Part shown: positions 1 to 10,389 of the stretch, piece after piece
Layout: every line of letters starts with the position of its first letter
Position numbering within the stretch: position 1 is the stretch's first letter
NCBI RefSeq assembly: GCF_001194135.2
Contig: NC_068988.1
Location: 1,077,857 to 1,110,416, forward strand
Source of the DNA: Octopus bimaculoides
Lineage: Eukaryota
Length of the DNA stretch: 32,560 nt
Direction of reading: 5' to 3'
Notes under the pieces: model-generated
The model's database searches: none
The model's input: the letters and a program-made list of their open reading frames with translations, nothing else
What the model was told of the DNA's origin: nothing
Position numbers and translations under genes: made by a program

Positions 1-249
1 TTATATGTCGCATTCACACTCTCACACAGACATACATCTTTAACGCTACAATAAATATATCTGTTATTCATCTAATACGGTTGTGGTCTTTCATTACTGG
101 TCATATATGTTATCGTCGTATAACATCATCTATATCATCATTTGATATATATTTGTATGTTCGACCGTGTGACGCGTTTAAATAAAAGGAGTCCTCTGTT
201 TTTCCATTCGTCACCATTTCTCCTTTTATGAGTTCGCACGGTCGTCCCT

Positions 250-253
<4 letters not shown>
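1..253 (+). mobile_element. 3' end of an LTR, same family as 28458-29659
   Basis: Reverse complement aligns closely with 28458-28715. Ends in ...ACA at 253, followed by (TA)n. Truncated by the window edge. Confidence 0.8.
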
Positions 254-317
<64 letters not shown>

Positions 318-320
318 TGA

Positions 321-432
321 GTGTGTGTTTGCGTTTGTTCCTCAACCGCCTGTTGACGACTGGTGTTGGTTTGTTTACGTTCCCGAAACTTAGTGGTTCG
401 GCAAAAGTGAACGATAGAATAAGTACCAAACT
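321..432 (+). mobile_element. SINE family A body fragment
   Basis: Matches the gtttacgtccccgtaactta...ggttcggcaaaa...gatagaataagtac segment of the copy at 4511-4888. Confidence 0.75.
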
Positions 433-862
433 CCGCGGTCCAAAGACTGAAAGAAAGGAAAAGGTTGATGAAGATTCCGTATGGAACCTTACACTCTTTT
501 TGAACTGATCTTTGTAATCTACGTCTTTGGTCGTCCCGCAGGTAATCGAGAAACCACCACCACCTCTGCTACTGCCACCGCTACTACTACTACTATCAGA
601 GTGCTTGATGAACCCCCACCCCCTCCACAGATTTACCATCTTTGATAACCGTTTCAGCAGCTAGTACTCGTTCTGCAAAACAGTTTCAAACCAGGATGAG
701 ATGCGAGAAAATTAAATGACTGAAACGATCAAACGTTAGCTACAGAAAGGCATCGTCTTCACCCGGCAAACTTCGCGAGGACCCTACCAATGGCTGTGTA
801 AAATATGACACGTTTTTCGTTCACACCTTCTATCATGTTACAAGCATTGTTAAAGACTATAT

Positions 863-1010
863 CAGTGCTTCCCAACCTCTGCACTATCAAGGATACTTTC
901 TATTTAAATGAGTTTTCCCACGGACTCCAAGATATTGGAGAGGTCTGTCAGTTTAACATGTTCACGGACCCTGAGTACTACCTTTGCGGACCACTGGTTG
1001 GGAACCACTG
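863..1010. mobile_element. hAT-type MITE (148 bp)
   Basis: TIRs CAGTGCTTCCCAACC / GGTTGGGAACCACTG with a perfect 8-bp TSD GACTATAT (855-862, 1011-1018). Confidence 0.9.
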
Positions 1011-1065
1011 GACTATATCTTTCATTCTCTTTGAATGTATCAAGACTGATGCCATCACCATAGTC

Positions 1066-1112
1066 ATCATCATCATCATCATCGTCGTCGTCGTCGTCGT
1101 TTAACGTCCGCT
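1066..1112 (-). mobile_element. Short 3' tail fragment of the RTE family
   Basis: Reverse complement gcggacgttaaacgacgac...gatgatg matches the tail at 13678-13710. Confidence 0.6.
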
Positions 1113-1585
1113 CGCAAATTTGAGAGGTTAATCGCTAACATTGACCCACCCGCACCACTACATGACTATAACGTAGTCAGAAGCATAAGTGGCGGGGTTG
1201 TGTGTGTGTGTNNNNNNNNNNNNNNNNNNNNNNGGGGGGGGGGGTTACAGCAGAAGGTTTTCTGAGAACTCCCCACCGCTTCATGCAAATGTTTCGGCTC
1301 ATAACTCCTTATACTTCAGGCCAAAACCAGATCATGACTCCTGGATACCTCTCTGTTGTCACATTTTGTGCTACTGTCTTTGCAACTCTCCTGAGTAGTT
1401 ACGGTGCCCCAGAGCCAAGTTGCCCTGAGTGATGTAGAATTCAGTCAAAGACGTCAGTTAATTGGCGTCTTTATTTCATGAAATCAGCAAGGATGAAAAG
1501 CAAAGCTGACCTCGGCACGATTTTGCCAGCTCATCATCAAGAAATTTTGTGAAACAGAAAATAGTAAAAAAAATCGGTTTTATAC

Positions 1586-1628
1586 CTCACAGCAAGAAGG
1601 CACCATCCCTAAAGCCAGCCCGGACGTC
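1586..1628 (-). CDS. Peptide gene A, exon 3 (43-nt micro-exon)
   Basis: Acceptor ttttttttctttccacag and donor GAG|GTATAA. In phase 2 it reads (L)TSGLALGMVPSCCE. Length, phase, acceptor and PxCC motif match 24879-24921. Confidence 0.82.
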
Positions 1629-2446
1629 CTGTGGAAAGAAAAAAAAAGGAAGAAATACATATATATACTTATATAGATAGGTTTGGTGATGCAAATACGA
1701 AAATAGAACTAAGAGCATTCGTATATATATAAAATCGTTTATCAAATAAACCATTAAGTGTGGAATAGTAACATGGACTAGTTTTTTGGAAGCAGATTCT
1801 TCTCTTGACCAGTAGGGCCAAAAAGTCAATTTTGAACTATGTTTAGAACAACGTCCACTACACAGTTAAACGAAAGAACTAAAAACTTAACATTTAGTTG
1901 GAATCCATTCTCCTGTCGAGGTTCTGCTCGTGGTTAAGAGTAGTTTTAACTCTTATTTCTAGCAATGATGGTGCTTACTTGCACCCATACTCACTTTACA
2001 GTGACGTTTGTACTTGTGCCTTTTGGCTTTGAACTGCGATCAACCACTTTAATAGTTTATCAGAATGTGTGTTCAAAGTAATTTACAGGAAATTAAAATT
2101 TGATATATATGCACATACATATACACACATATATACATTTGATATATATATACATATATATACACACACAAATTTGATTAATAAAATCATACTCAGTGTT
2201 AGAATTTTATCATTTTGCGCCAGAGTCTGTTAAATAAAATCGTGTTCTAGATTTTGCTTCGTTTAATTCTTCTTCTTATAAACATTATACTGCATACATG
2301 ATACAGTTGTTATGTTTTAAGAGTAAATGCTATTTGCCAACATAATGTGGTTGTCCTGAAAGGGACGATGTTACTGTTGTTTTAGCCCCAAGAAACATCG
2401 TTACTAGCTGGCTATATATTCCACACAATGTTTCATACTAACTATT

Positions 2447-2481
<35 letters not shown>

Positions 2482-2578
2482 GAAACATATACATACAAAT
2501 ATCCTATCCTTTGCTCAACAACTTCAAGAATTTCATATGAGTTATTTTGTAAATTTTTGTATAAATGTGCATACTTAC

Positions 2579-2778
2579 AAACAAAACACATCGAAATCGA
2601 TTATTGTGTAGGGTGAACATTGACAGTTATACCATGCAATAGAACATGTTTTATCTATAGCGCATGCGTCGGCTTTCAGAGTGCACTTTGTAGATGGTAC
2701 TGTCGTCAGGTCGACGGGATTTATCAAGAACAACAACACCGACAACACAATAAACAACATGGATTCTCTTTTGTACAT
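2579..2778 (-). CDS. Peptide gene A, coding part of exon 2 (exon 2792-2579): signal-peptide-like segment plus six Cys
   Basis: Acceptor ttcttctttag at 2793, 14-nt UTR, then ATG 2778. Reads MYKRESMLFIVLSVLLFLINPVDLTTVPSTKCTLKADACAIDKTCSIAWYNCQCSPYTIIDFDVFC, then TT|GTAAGT (phase 2). Clear paralogue at 30086-30296. Confidence 0.88.
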
Positions 2779-2894
2779 TTTCAGTTTCTGTTCTAAAGAA
2801 GAAATGAAACAATATCAATGAATTAAACAAACAAATGAAACATTATAAATACGTCTACATTTAACAGAAATTTGGCTTAAAATTTTGGCACAAG

Positions 2895-3030
2895 AAAGTT
2901 CATGTGAAGGGGTAAGTCGATTACATCGACCCCAGTGCTCAACGACTACTTGTTTTACCGACTCGGAAAGGATGAGAGGTAAAGTCGACTTCGGCGGAAT
3001 TTGAACTCAGAACATAAAGACGGACAAACT
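2895..3030 (-). mobile_element. SINE family B fragment
   Basis: Contains gttctgagttcaaattccgccgaagtcgacttt...catcctttc on the minus strand, as at 16935-17145. A smaller piece lies at 1478-1525. Confidence 0.8.
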
Positions 3031-3082
3031 GTCACGAAGACACACATACATAAACAAACAGACACGCACGCGTATACACACA

Positions 3083-3113
<31 letters not shown>

Positions 3114-4050
3114 GCACACATATATATACATACATATATATGTACACACATACACACATATACGTATATATGTATGTATATGTATATATATATATANNNN
3201 NNNNNNNNNNNNNNNNNNNNNNNNNNNNNNNNNNNNNNNNNNNNNNNNNNNNNNNNNNNNNNNNNNNNNNNNNNNNNNNNNNNNNNNNNNNNNNNNNNNN
3301 NNNNNNNNNNNNNNNNNNNNNNNNNNNNNNNNNNNNNNNNNNNNNNNNNNNNNNNNNNNNNNNNNNNNNNNNNNNNNNNNNNNNNNNNNNNNNNNNNNNN
3401 NNNNNNNNNNNNNNNNNNNNNNNNNNNNNNNNNNNNNNNNNNNNNNNNNNNNNNNNNNNNNNNNNNNNNNNNNNNNNNNNNNNNNNNNNNNNNNNNNNNN
3501 NNNNNNNNNNNNNNNNNNNNNNNNNNNNNNNNNNNNNNNNNNNNNNNNNNNNNNNNNNNNNNNNNNNNNNNNNNNNNNNNNNNNNNNNNNNNNNNNNNNN
3601 NNNNNNNNNNNNNNNNNNNNNNNNNNNNNNNNNNNNNNNNNNNNNNNNNNNNNNNNNNNNNNNNNNNNNNNNNNNNNNNNNNNNNNNNNNNNNNNNNNNN
3701 NNNNNNNNNNNNNNNNNNNNNNNNNNNNNNNNNNNNNNNNNNNNNNNNNNNNNNNNNNNNNNNNNNNNNNNNNNNNNNNNNNNNNNNNNNNNNNNNNNNN
3801 NNNNNNNNNNNNNNNNNNNNNNNNNNNNNNNNNNNNNNNNNNNNNNNNNNNNNNNNNNNNNNNNNNNNNNNNNNNNNNNNNNNNNNNNNNNNNNNNNNNN
3901 NNNNNNNNNNNNNNNNNNNNNNNNNNNNNNNNNNNNNNNNNNNNNNNNNNNNNNNNNNNNNNNNNNNNNNNNNNNNNNNNNNNNNNNNNNNNNNNNNNNN
4001 NNNNNNNNNNNNNNNNNNNNNNNNNNNNNNNNNNNNNNNNNNNNNNNNNN

Positions 4051-4189
4051 GAAGGAAGGAAGGAAGGAAGGAAGGAAGGAAGGAAGGTAGGAAGGAAGGA
4101 AAGTAAAAACAAAAACGAGAAAGAAAACAAAGGAAAGTAAAGAAAGAAAGAAAGAAAAAAGAAAGAGTAAAAGGAAAAAAGAAAGAAAA

Positions 4190-4221
<32 letters not shown>

Positions 4222-4275
4222 TAAAGAGAGGAAAGAGAGGAAGGAAGGAAGGAAGGAAGGAAGGAAGGAGGGAAG
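4051..4275. repeat. (GAAG)n / GA-rich simple repeat
   Basis: Visible directly next to an N gap. A similar tract lies at 12120-12350. Confidence 0.9.
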
Positions 4276-4510
4276 ATAATAGAACCGCTCACACCCGAAC
4301 ACACACCTGCATAGGTACGCACACTTACACATAAGCAGACGTCGTGCAATTCGCAGACTCGCAGACTCGCAAACCCCAAGAACTGTCTTGACCCTTAAAC
4401 AGAAGAGCCTTGCCACTTTGTTGGCGCCAGGCTTTAGTTCTACAAAGAAGAGGAAATTAACCTGAATACACTTTATAGAAATAATACAAAATACTACAAA
4501 GATATAGATA

Positions 4511-4888
4511 GGCGCAGGAGTGGCTGTGTGGTAAGAAGCTTGCTTCCCAACCACATAGTTCCGGGTTCAGTCCCACTGCGTGGCACCTTGGGCAAGTGTC
4601 TTCTGCTTTAGCCTCGGGCCGACCAGACGGAAACTGAAAAAAACCCGTCGTATATACATACATACATGTGTGTGTGTTTGTCCCCCACCACCACCATCGC
4701 TTGACAACCGATGTTGGTGTGTTTACGTCCCCGTAACTTAACGGTTCGGCAAAAGATAACGGTAGAATAAGTACTAGGGTAACAAAGAATAAGTCCTGAG
4801 GTCGATTTGTTCGACTAAAGGCAGTGCTCCAGCATGGCCGCAGTTAAATCACTGGAACAAATAAAAGATTAAAAGAATAAAAAGAATA
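4511..4888 (+). mobile_element. tRNA-derived SINE family A, near full length
   Basis: A-box TGGCTGTGTGGT, B-box GGTTCAGTCCC, internal microsatellite, and 3' end ccagcatggccgcagt with a (TAAAAGAA)-type tail. Extra tail pieces at about 4970-5025, 5481-5522, 22590-22690 and 29925-30000. Confidence 0.85.
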
Positions 4889-5289
4889 GAACCAAGTTAA
4901 GATCCATGGATGCCCTGAGCACTTAAAAGATTCCGCTACCCCCATAAATATGTAATTCAAAAAATAAACAAGGCGGTGCTCCAGCATGGCCGCAGTCAAG
5001 TGACTGAAACAAGTAAAAGAATAAATGATAGAATTATCAACCATAAAATAATTATTTCTTATTTTACAACAGACATGGAAAATAATGTTCATTTTTGTAG
5101 ACTTCCACTTTATTTATATTTGGAGTTTTCTCCTAATTCTTTAATTACAAAGTCTTTTAATTGCAAAGATGCTCAAAATCAATCTTACCCAACAAATCTA
5201 CTTCTATGCTTAGCAGAGATAAAGGCATCCCGAATTTTATTTTAGCAAGTCTGAAGTGATTTCTTTTGTGCCGTAAACCATTTGCTATT

Positions 5290-5361
5290 TTTGTGGTGCC
5301 CCGGCTTCCCTTGATGCCTTAAAGCACGTGCTCATTTTGCTTAATGGTTAATCCGGCGCTG
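5290..5361. mobile_element. Isolated hAT-like terminal fragment
   Basis: Ends in ggttaatccggcgctg, which resembles the reverse complement of CAGGGCCGGATTAACC-type hAT termini. Partner end not found. Confidence 0.4.
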
Positions 5362-5783
5362 GATGTACAGTTGTTGAATCTGTATACCTCTGTAACAGTG
5401 TGTATATGTATATACGTGATTGTATTTATGTGTGTAAGTGTATGTTTATACTTTGTGGGGTTTTTTTTCTTGTGTGTATAGGCAGTGTTCCAGCATGGCC
5501 GCAGTCAAATGACCGAAGCAAGCCATAGAACATGTGGGTATAAACACGTATATCTGCATTTCTCTATTTCCTTTACGTTCCCAAAACAAACAAAATTACC
5601 ACATTCATTTCTTGATACCTATTAATAACATCTCATGTGGCATTACTTAACGTGTTTGTGTTTTTACCACCGTCCGTTTACATGAGTGGAGCTCTCAAAG
5701 CGAACACCATTTAAATAATATTTTAGAATAATGTATTCAAAAGATATGTGTTTCAGTTTTATAAAAATAGGAAGTGTACTTAC

Positions 5784-5885
5784 GACGAACAGCACAATTC
5801 TCAGAGGTTGACTGCAATATTGGCTGCAGCTGGGAAAAATCGGAAAATCTCACAGCGGACTTTGAAAAGGTTTTTCGCTGTGACT
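5784..5885 (-). other. Non-coding exon 1 (5' UTR) of peptide gene A
   Basis: Starts at the Inr, has no ATG, and ends at CGTC|GTAAGT (donor 5783-5778). It would splice to the acceptor at 2793, giving an intron of about 3.0 kb. Confidence 0.55.
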
Positions 5886-5916
5886 AACATTTCTTGAACT
5901 TTTTAACACATTTATA
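5883..5916 (-). promoter_or_regulatory. Core promoter of peptide gene A: TATA box plus initiator
   Basis: Minus strand has TATAAAT at 5916-5910. Its first T is 31 nt upstream of the A of an Inr-like TTAGTC (A at 5885), which is canonical TATA-Inr spacing. An ATG-free 102-nt stretch ending in a GTAAGT donor follows. Confidence 0.6.
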
Positions 5917-6019
5917 ACTGGATAATCTTGGAGTTTAATTACACATGAACCAATGAAAATATGACACGTATCAAGTTAGTTCATACAGATTAATGCTATA
6001 TGAAGATGTCATTGATAAT

Positions 6020-6056
<37 letters not shown>

Positions 6057-6585
6057 NNNNNNNNNNNNNNNNNNNNNNNNNNNNNNNNNNNNNNNNNNNN
6101 NNNNNNNNNNNNNNNNNNNNNNNNNNNNNNNNNNNNNNNNNNNNNNNNNNNNNNNNNNNNNNNNNNNNNNNNNNNNNNNNNNNNNNNNNNNNNNNNNNNN
6201 NNNNNNNNNNNNNNNNNNNNNNNNNNNNNNNNNNNNNNNNNNNNNNNNNNNNNNNNNNNNNNNNNNNNNNNNNNNNNNNNNNNNNNNNNNNNNNNNNNNN
6301 NNNNNNNNNNNNNNNNNNNNNNNNNNNNNNNNNNNNNNNNNNNNNNNNNNNNNNNNNNNNNNNNNNNNNNNNNNNNNNNNNNNNNNNNNNNNNNNNNNNN
6401 NNNNNNNNNNNNNNNNNNNNNNNNNNNNNNNNNNNNNNNNNNNNNNNNNNNNNNNNNNNNNNNNNNNNNNNNNNNNNNNNNNNNNNNNNNNNNNNNNNNN
6501 NNNNNNNNNNNNNNNNNNNNNNNNNNNNNNNNNNNNNNNNNNNNNNNNNNNNNNNNNNNNNNNNNNNNNNNNNNNNNNNNNNNNN

Positions 6586-6616
<31 letters not shown>

Positions 6617-6619
<3 letters not shown>

Positions 6620-6784
6620 ACATTGTTTACATTATTTACATTTGACGGATATTTGTCTTCATCTTGTTTGTTAACACATCGTTTCGGCTGATATACCTTC
6701 CAGCTTTCATTGGGTGTCTTGGGGGAAATTTCGAACCTGGATTCTCATTCCTAGGGTATTTTTCGATGCTGTTATGATTATTAT

Positions 6785-6843
<59 letters not shown>

Positions 6844-6918
6844 TCACTGCCGGGAATCGAACTCGGAATCTTGGGGGTTAGTAGTCCGCGTTCTTAACCA
6901 CTACGCCTTACACCCGTG
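6617..6918 (-). mobile_element. tRNA-headed SINE family C with (AAT)n linker and hammerhead-like 3' region
   Basis: A-box GGCGTAGTGGTT and B-box GAGTTCGATTCCC (6863-6851), then an (AAT)n run and a degenerate hammerhead motif at 6718-6673. Confidence 0.7.
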
Positions 6919-7717
6919 AGCTGTAATATATATTTTAGTTTTTATGGGGTTCAGCTGAAGTCGATCAGGCTACGGCAGCACTTTCATTGCAGGCCGTACC
7001 ACTTATTCCATTTTTGACAATATCTTTTTATTTATTTACTTATTTTTCTAATCCATCTTTGTTTATTGAATGACTCACTTACAATTTTGGCATCTCAACA
7101 GAGCTATACATCAGCACACACACACACACACACACATGCGCGCGCGCACACACATACATACGTACATACAATGCAAGGTGGGCACCGTTAACCAAAAACT
7201 TAACTTCGATGACCGTTAATCAGTTAATTCTTTAAAAATGTAACGGAAGTTATCGATAACCTGTTAACGTTAATTTTTACTATAGAAGAAAACAAAGAAC
7301 CCAGTTTTTGCTCTAAAACCACCCTATAACATCTTTAAAATGTGCTAAAACTATAAAATCAGCCTTTATTGGCCCTTTTGAGGGTTTTAGAACACAAAAA
7401 CTATAGATTTTGTTTTTTGCTTTAGAGTTAAAAAATGCTCATTTAAAATGTTAACATTTAAATGGTCTAACAAAGGCTGATTGCAGAGTTTTGGACTTTT
7501 TCTTTTTAGGCTTTTAAAGNNNNNNNNNNNNNNNNNNNNNNNNNNNNNNNNNNNNNNNNNNNNNNNNNNNNNNNNNNNNNNNNNNNNNNNNNNNNNNNNN
7601 NNNNNNNNNNNNNNNNNNNNNNNNNNNNNNNNNNNNNNNNNNNNNNNNNNNNNNNNNNNNNNNNNNNNNNNNNNNNNNNNNNNNNNNNNNNNNNNNNNNN
7701 NATATATATATATATAT

Positions 7718-7912
7718 ATTTGTCCCCACCTATCACCGCTTGACAACCGGTGTTAGTGTGTTTACGTCCCCGTAACTTACCAGTTCAGCAAAAAAGACCG
7801 ATAGAATAAGTGCCAGGCTTTAAAAATAAGTACTGGGGTTGATTCATTTGACTAAAAATTCAAAGTGGTGCCCCACCATGGCCGCAGTTTAATGACTGAA
7901 ACAAGTAAAATA
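7718..7912 (+). mobile_element. SINE family A 3' half nested in the hAT element
   Basis: Same body and tail as 4680-4880. Confidence 0.8.
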
Positions 7913-8569
7913 TATACAGAATTAAATTTTCCCTCTTCTTCTCGTTCTCCATTTTGTTCATAAGATGCATGTTGCCGTTCATGAAAATTAGCATCAGACA
8001 CGGACGATCTCTTCGCCCTCAAAATGTCCTTGCCTATAGAGAACAAATGCTCCACGGCAGCAGTGGAGAGGATGGCAGTGTGGAACTTGATGAAGAAATC
8101 CAACTACTCTTGCTCATCTGTCAGTAGATCTTTGGAGTTGATCTTCAACCAGGTCTTGACTAAATTCTGGACCTTGTCCTTCAGTGACTCGTGTCTCCTG
8201 ATGCTTTCTTTTGGCTGGGTGGCACCACTGAAGAAGTCCTCTTCCTCTTCATTGCTGCTTCTCATTTCGTCAGACTGCTGCTGCCCCATGGCCTCCTCAA
8301 CCTTAACTTTCATGCTTTTCCTCACCTTGGCGACCTTGGTGTTGTTATACTTATCCAACCAGATGAGGTGAAACCTGGGGTGGAAGGCAGCAGCCAGCTG
8401 CCATTCCTCAGCCTCCAGCGGGGCCCTAAACCTTTTGTCGATGTCTGCTAAAAGTGTGTCGACCAAGCGGCTGCAGTAGACGAGGCCCTTGGACTTCAAG
8501 TCCTTGAGCCTAAAGATCGTCGCAGCAACTTCAGTTAACGGAAGTTAACTCAAGCAGACTTGAGTTAAC

Positions 8570-8642
8570 GGAAGTTAAATGTAACGGAAGTTAAATGTAA
8601 CGGAAGTTAAATGTAACGGAAGTTAAATGTAACGGAAGTTAA
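8570..8642. repeat. 16-bp tandem repeat (TAACGGAAGTTAAATG) in the hAT subterminal region
   Basis: About 4.5 consecutive copies visible. Confidence 0.85.
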
Positions 8643-8764
8643 TTAGTCCGATAAGGATTTTCAAAGTTAACTTAAAAGTTAAATCGTTAACGAAAATGTT
8701 AACTTTGTTAATTAACGAGTAACGGATTAACGGTTTGGTGCCCAGTTTTGCATTCAATACATAT

Positions 8765-9021
8765 CGCCTGGAACAATGTCTGTATTTTGGGACTGTAGGA
8801 GAGAATCCAAATCCTTAATTCACACACCACAAATGATTACGATATCTCGGACAATAAAAATCTACGAGAGCTTAAGATTAAAAGAATTATTGGTAAAATA
8901 CGATGCTGTCCTTCACAACCATGTTACCAAGCAGGTGGCCGGACAGAAATACCTCCAAATTAAAAAGAGAAAATGAATACGCATACATACATACATACAT
9001 ACATACATACATACATACATA
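8765..9021 (+). mobile_element. 3' end of an R4/Dong-like non-LTR element plus (CATA)n
   Basis: Aligns with 11400-11600 (atccttaattca...aaaatctac...ttcacaacc...gtggcc...aaattaaaaagag), followed by (CATA)n. Confidence 0.65.
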
Positions 9022-10066
9022 CTTACCTTTTGGAGTGTTTGCAAGCGAGATGCGCTTCAAGTCCTCGATTTCATGTGTATCTTTGCCAATAACGATTGGA
9101 AATCTCATAGCAGGAAATCTCATAGTAGACTTTCAAAGGTTTTCACAGTGATTAAAATTTCATCGAGTGTATTTGAATGGTAATTGTTCCCAATAAGAGC
9201 ACGGACGGTTCCAAAATATACCATCCGATATAACCTGGTGTTCAGCGCGACAGCATTGACTAGCAAAGCCCAGCTTGCGCTAACCAACCATTGTAGAAAT
9301 ATGTGGAATGTACCTGTGCATGTCGTTCGTCTTGTGTCCTCGGCATGAGATTTTTCCAAAGTCATGCGCAATATTTCACAAACATCTTTGAAGAAAGAAA
9401 GAGATAAGAAAAGATCCAATCATTTATCAACCATTTTATCAATATATATGTGTGTGTGTGTGGGGTGGGGTGGGNNNNNNNNNNNNNNNNNNNNNNNNNN
9501 NNNNNNNNNNNNNNNNNNNNNNNNNNNNNNNNNNNNNNNNNNNNNNNNNNNNNNNNNNNNNNNNNNNNNNNNNNNNNNNNNNNNNNNNNNNNNNNNNNNN
9601 NNNNNNNNNNNNNNNNNNNNNNNNNNNNNNNNNNNNNNNNNNNNNNNNNNNNNNNNNNNNNNNNNNNNNNNNNNNNNNNNNNNNNNNNNNNNNNNNNNNN
9701 NNNNNNNNNNNNNNNNNNNNNNNNNNNNNNNNNNNNNNNNNNNNNNNNNNNNNNNNNNNNNNNNNNNNNNNNNNNNNNNNNNNNNNNNNNNNNNNNNNNN
9801 NNNNNNNNNNNNNNNNNNNNNNNNNNNNNATATATATATATATATACATAAAGATAAATATGCTAAGATAAATATGCTCCCACATTTAGAGAGAAAGTGA
9901 GAGAGAGAGAGAAAGAAAATGGAAACAAGGAGAGAACGAGAGAGAGAGAGACATTAAAGCGTCCGACATCGAACAAATCACCAACACCAAAACAGTTGTG
10001 TGAGAACGCTTCATACCAAACTAATCACACGATTTGCCATTTGATATGATAGATGAGCTTCTAAGT

Positions 10067-10245
10067 TGGCGAGCTGGCAGAAACGTTAGCACGCCGAACA
10101 GAATGCTTAACGGTATTTCGTCTGTCTTTATGTTCTGAGTTCAAATTCTATCGAGGTCAGCTTTACTTTACTAAATAATTACCAGTTAATCATTAAGGTC
10201 GATTTAATTAACTTAACCCGTTCCTAAGTTGATAGCCTTGTACCA
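10067..10245 (+). mobile_element. SINE family B
   Basis: ggcgagctggcagaaacgttagcacgccg...gttctgagttcaaattc head and degenerate body. Confidence 0.8.
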
Positions 10246-10389
10246 AAATCTCAAATCAATATCATAGATGAGGTTCCTTGCGGTAGAGATGGACCGGTAT
10301 GTGATGTGAAAGGAGGATTTTTTAGGGGTTTGTTGGGCCTTTTTAGTAGGGCTGCAAGGGAAATAAACAAAATCCTTTGCATTGCCTGT

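Larger units (their letters stand above)
7173..8750 (-). mobile_element. Internally deleted hAT DNA transposon with C-terminal transposase remnant
   Basis: Termini GCAAGGTGGGCACCG / GGTGCCCAGTTTTG, 8-bp TSD catacaat/cattcaat, and GTTAAC-rich subterminal repeats. ORF remnants AAAFHPRFHLIWL (8104-8499) and TAILSTAAVEHLFSIGKDILRAKRS (7852-8103) resemble the hAT C-terminal dimerisation region. Confidence 0.85.

Noticed and set aside
226-639. 137-aa minus-strand ORF with Ser/Gly runs
   Set aside because: Spans simple repeats, a SINE fragment and microsatellites. No coherent coding signal.
542-648. Plus-strand terminal-exon candidate NRETTTTSATATATTTTIRVLDEPPPPPQIYHL*
   Set aside because: Built mostly from ACC/ACT trinucleotide repeats, with no upstream partner exon or paralogue, and antisense to gene A.
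1447-1472. 26-bp imperfect palindrome AAAGACGTCAGTTAATTGGCGTCTTT
   Set aside because: Short, single copy and next to a SINE fragment. No evidence of function.
8570-8642. CRISPR-like or regulatory array
   Set aside because: No spacers. It is the subterminal tandem repeat of a eukaryotic hAT element.
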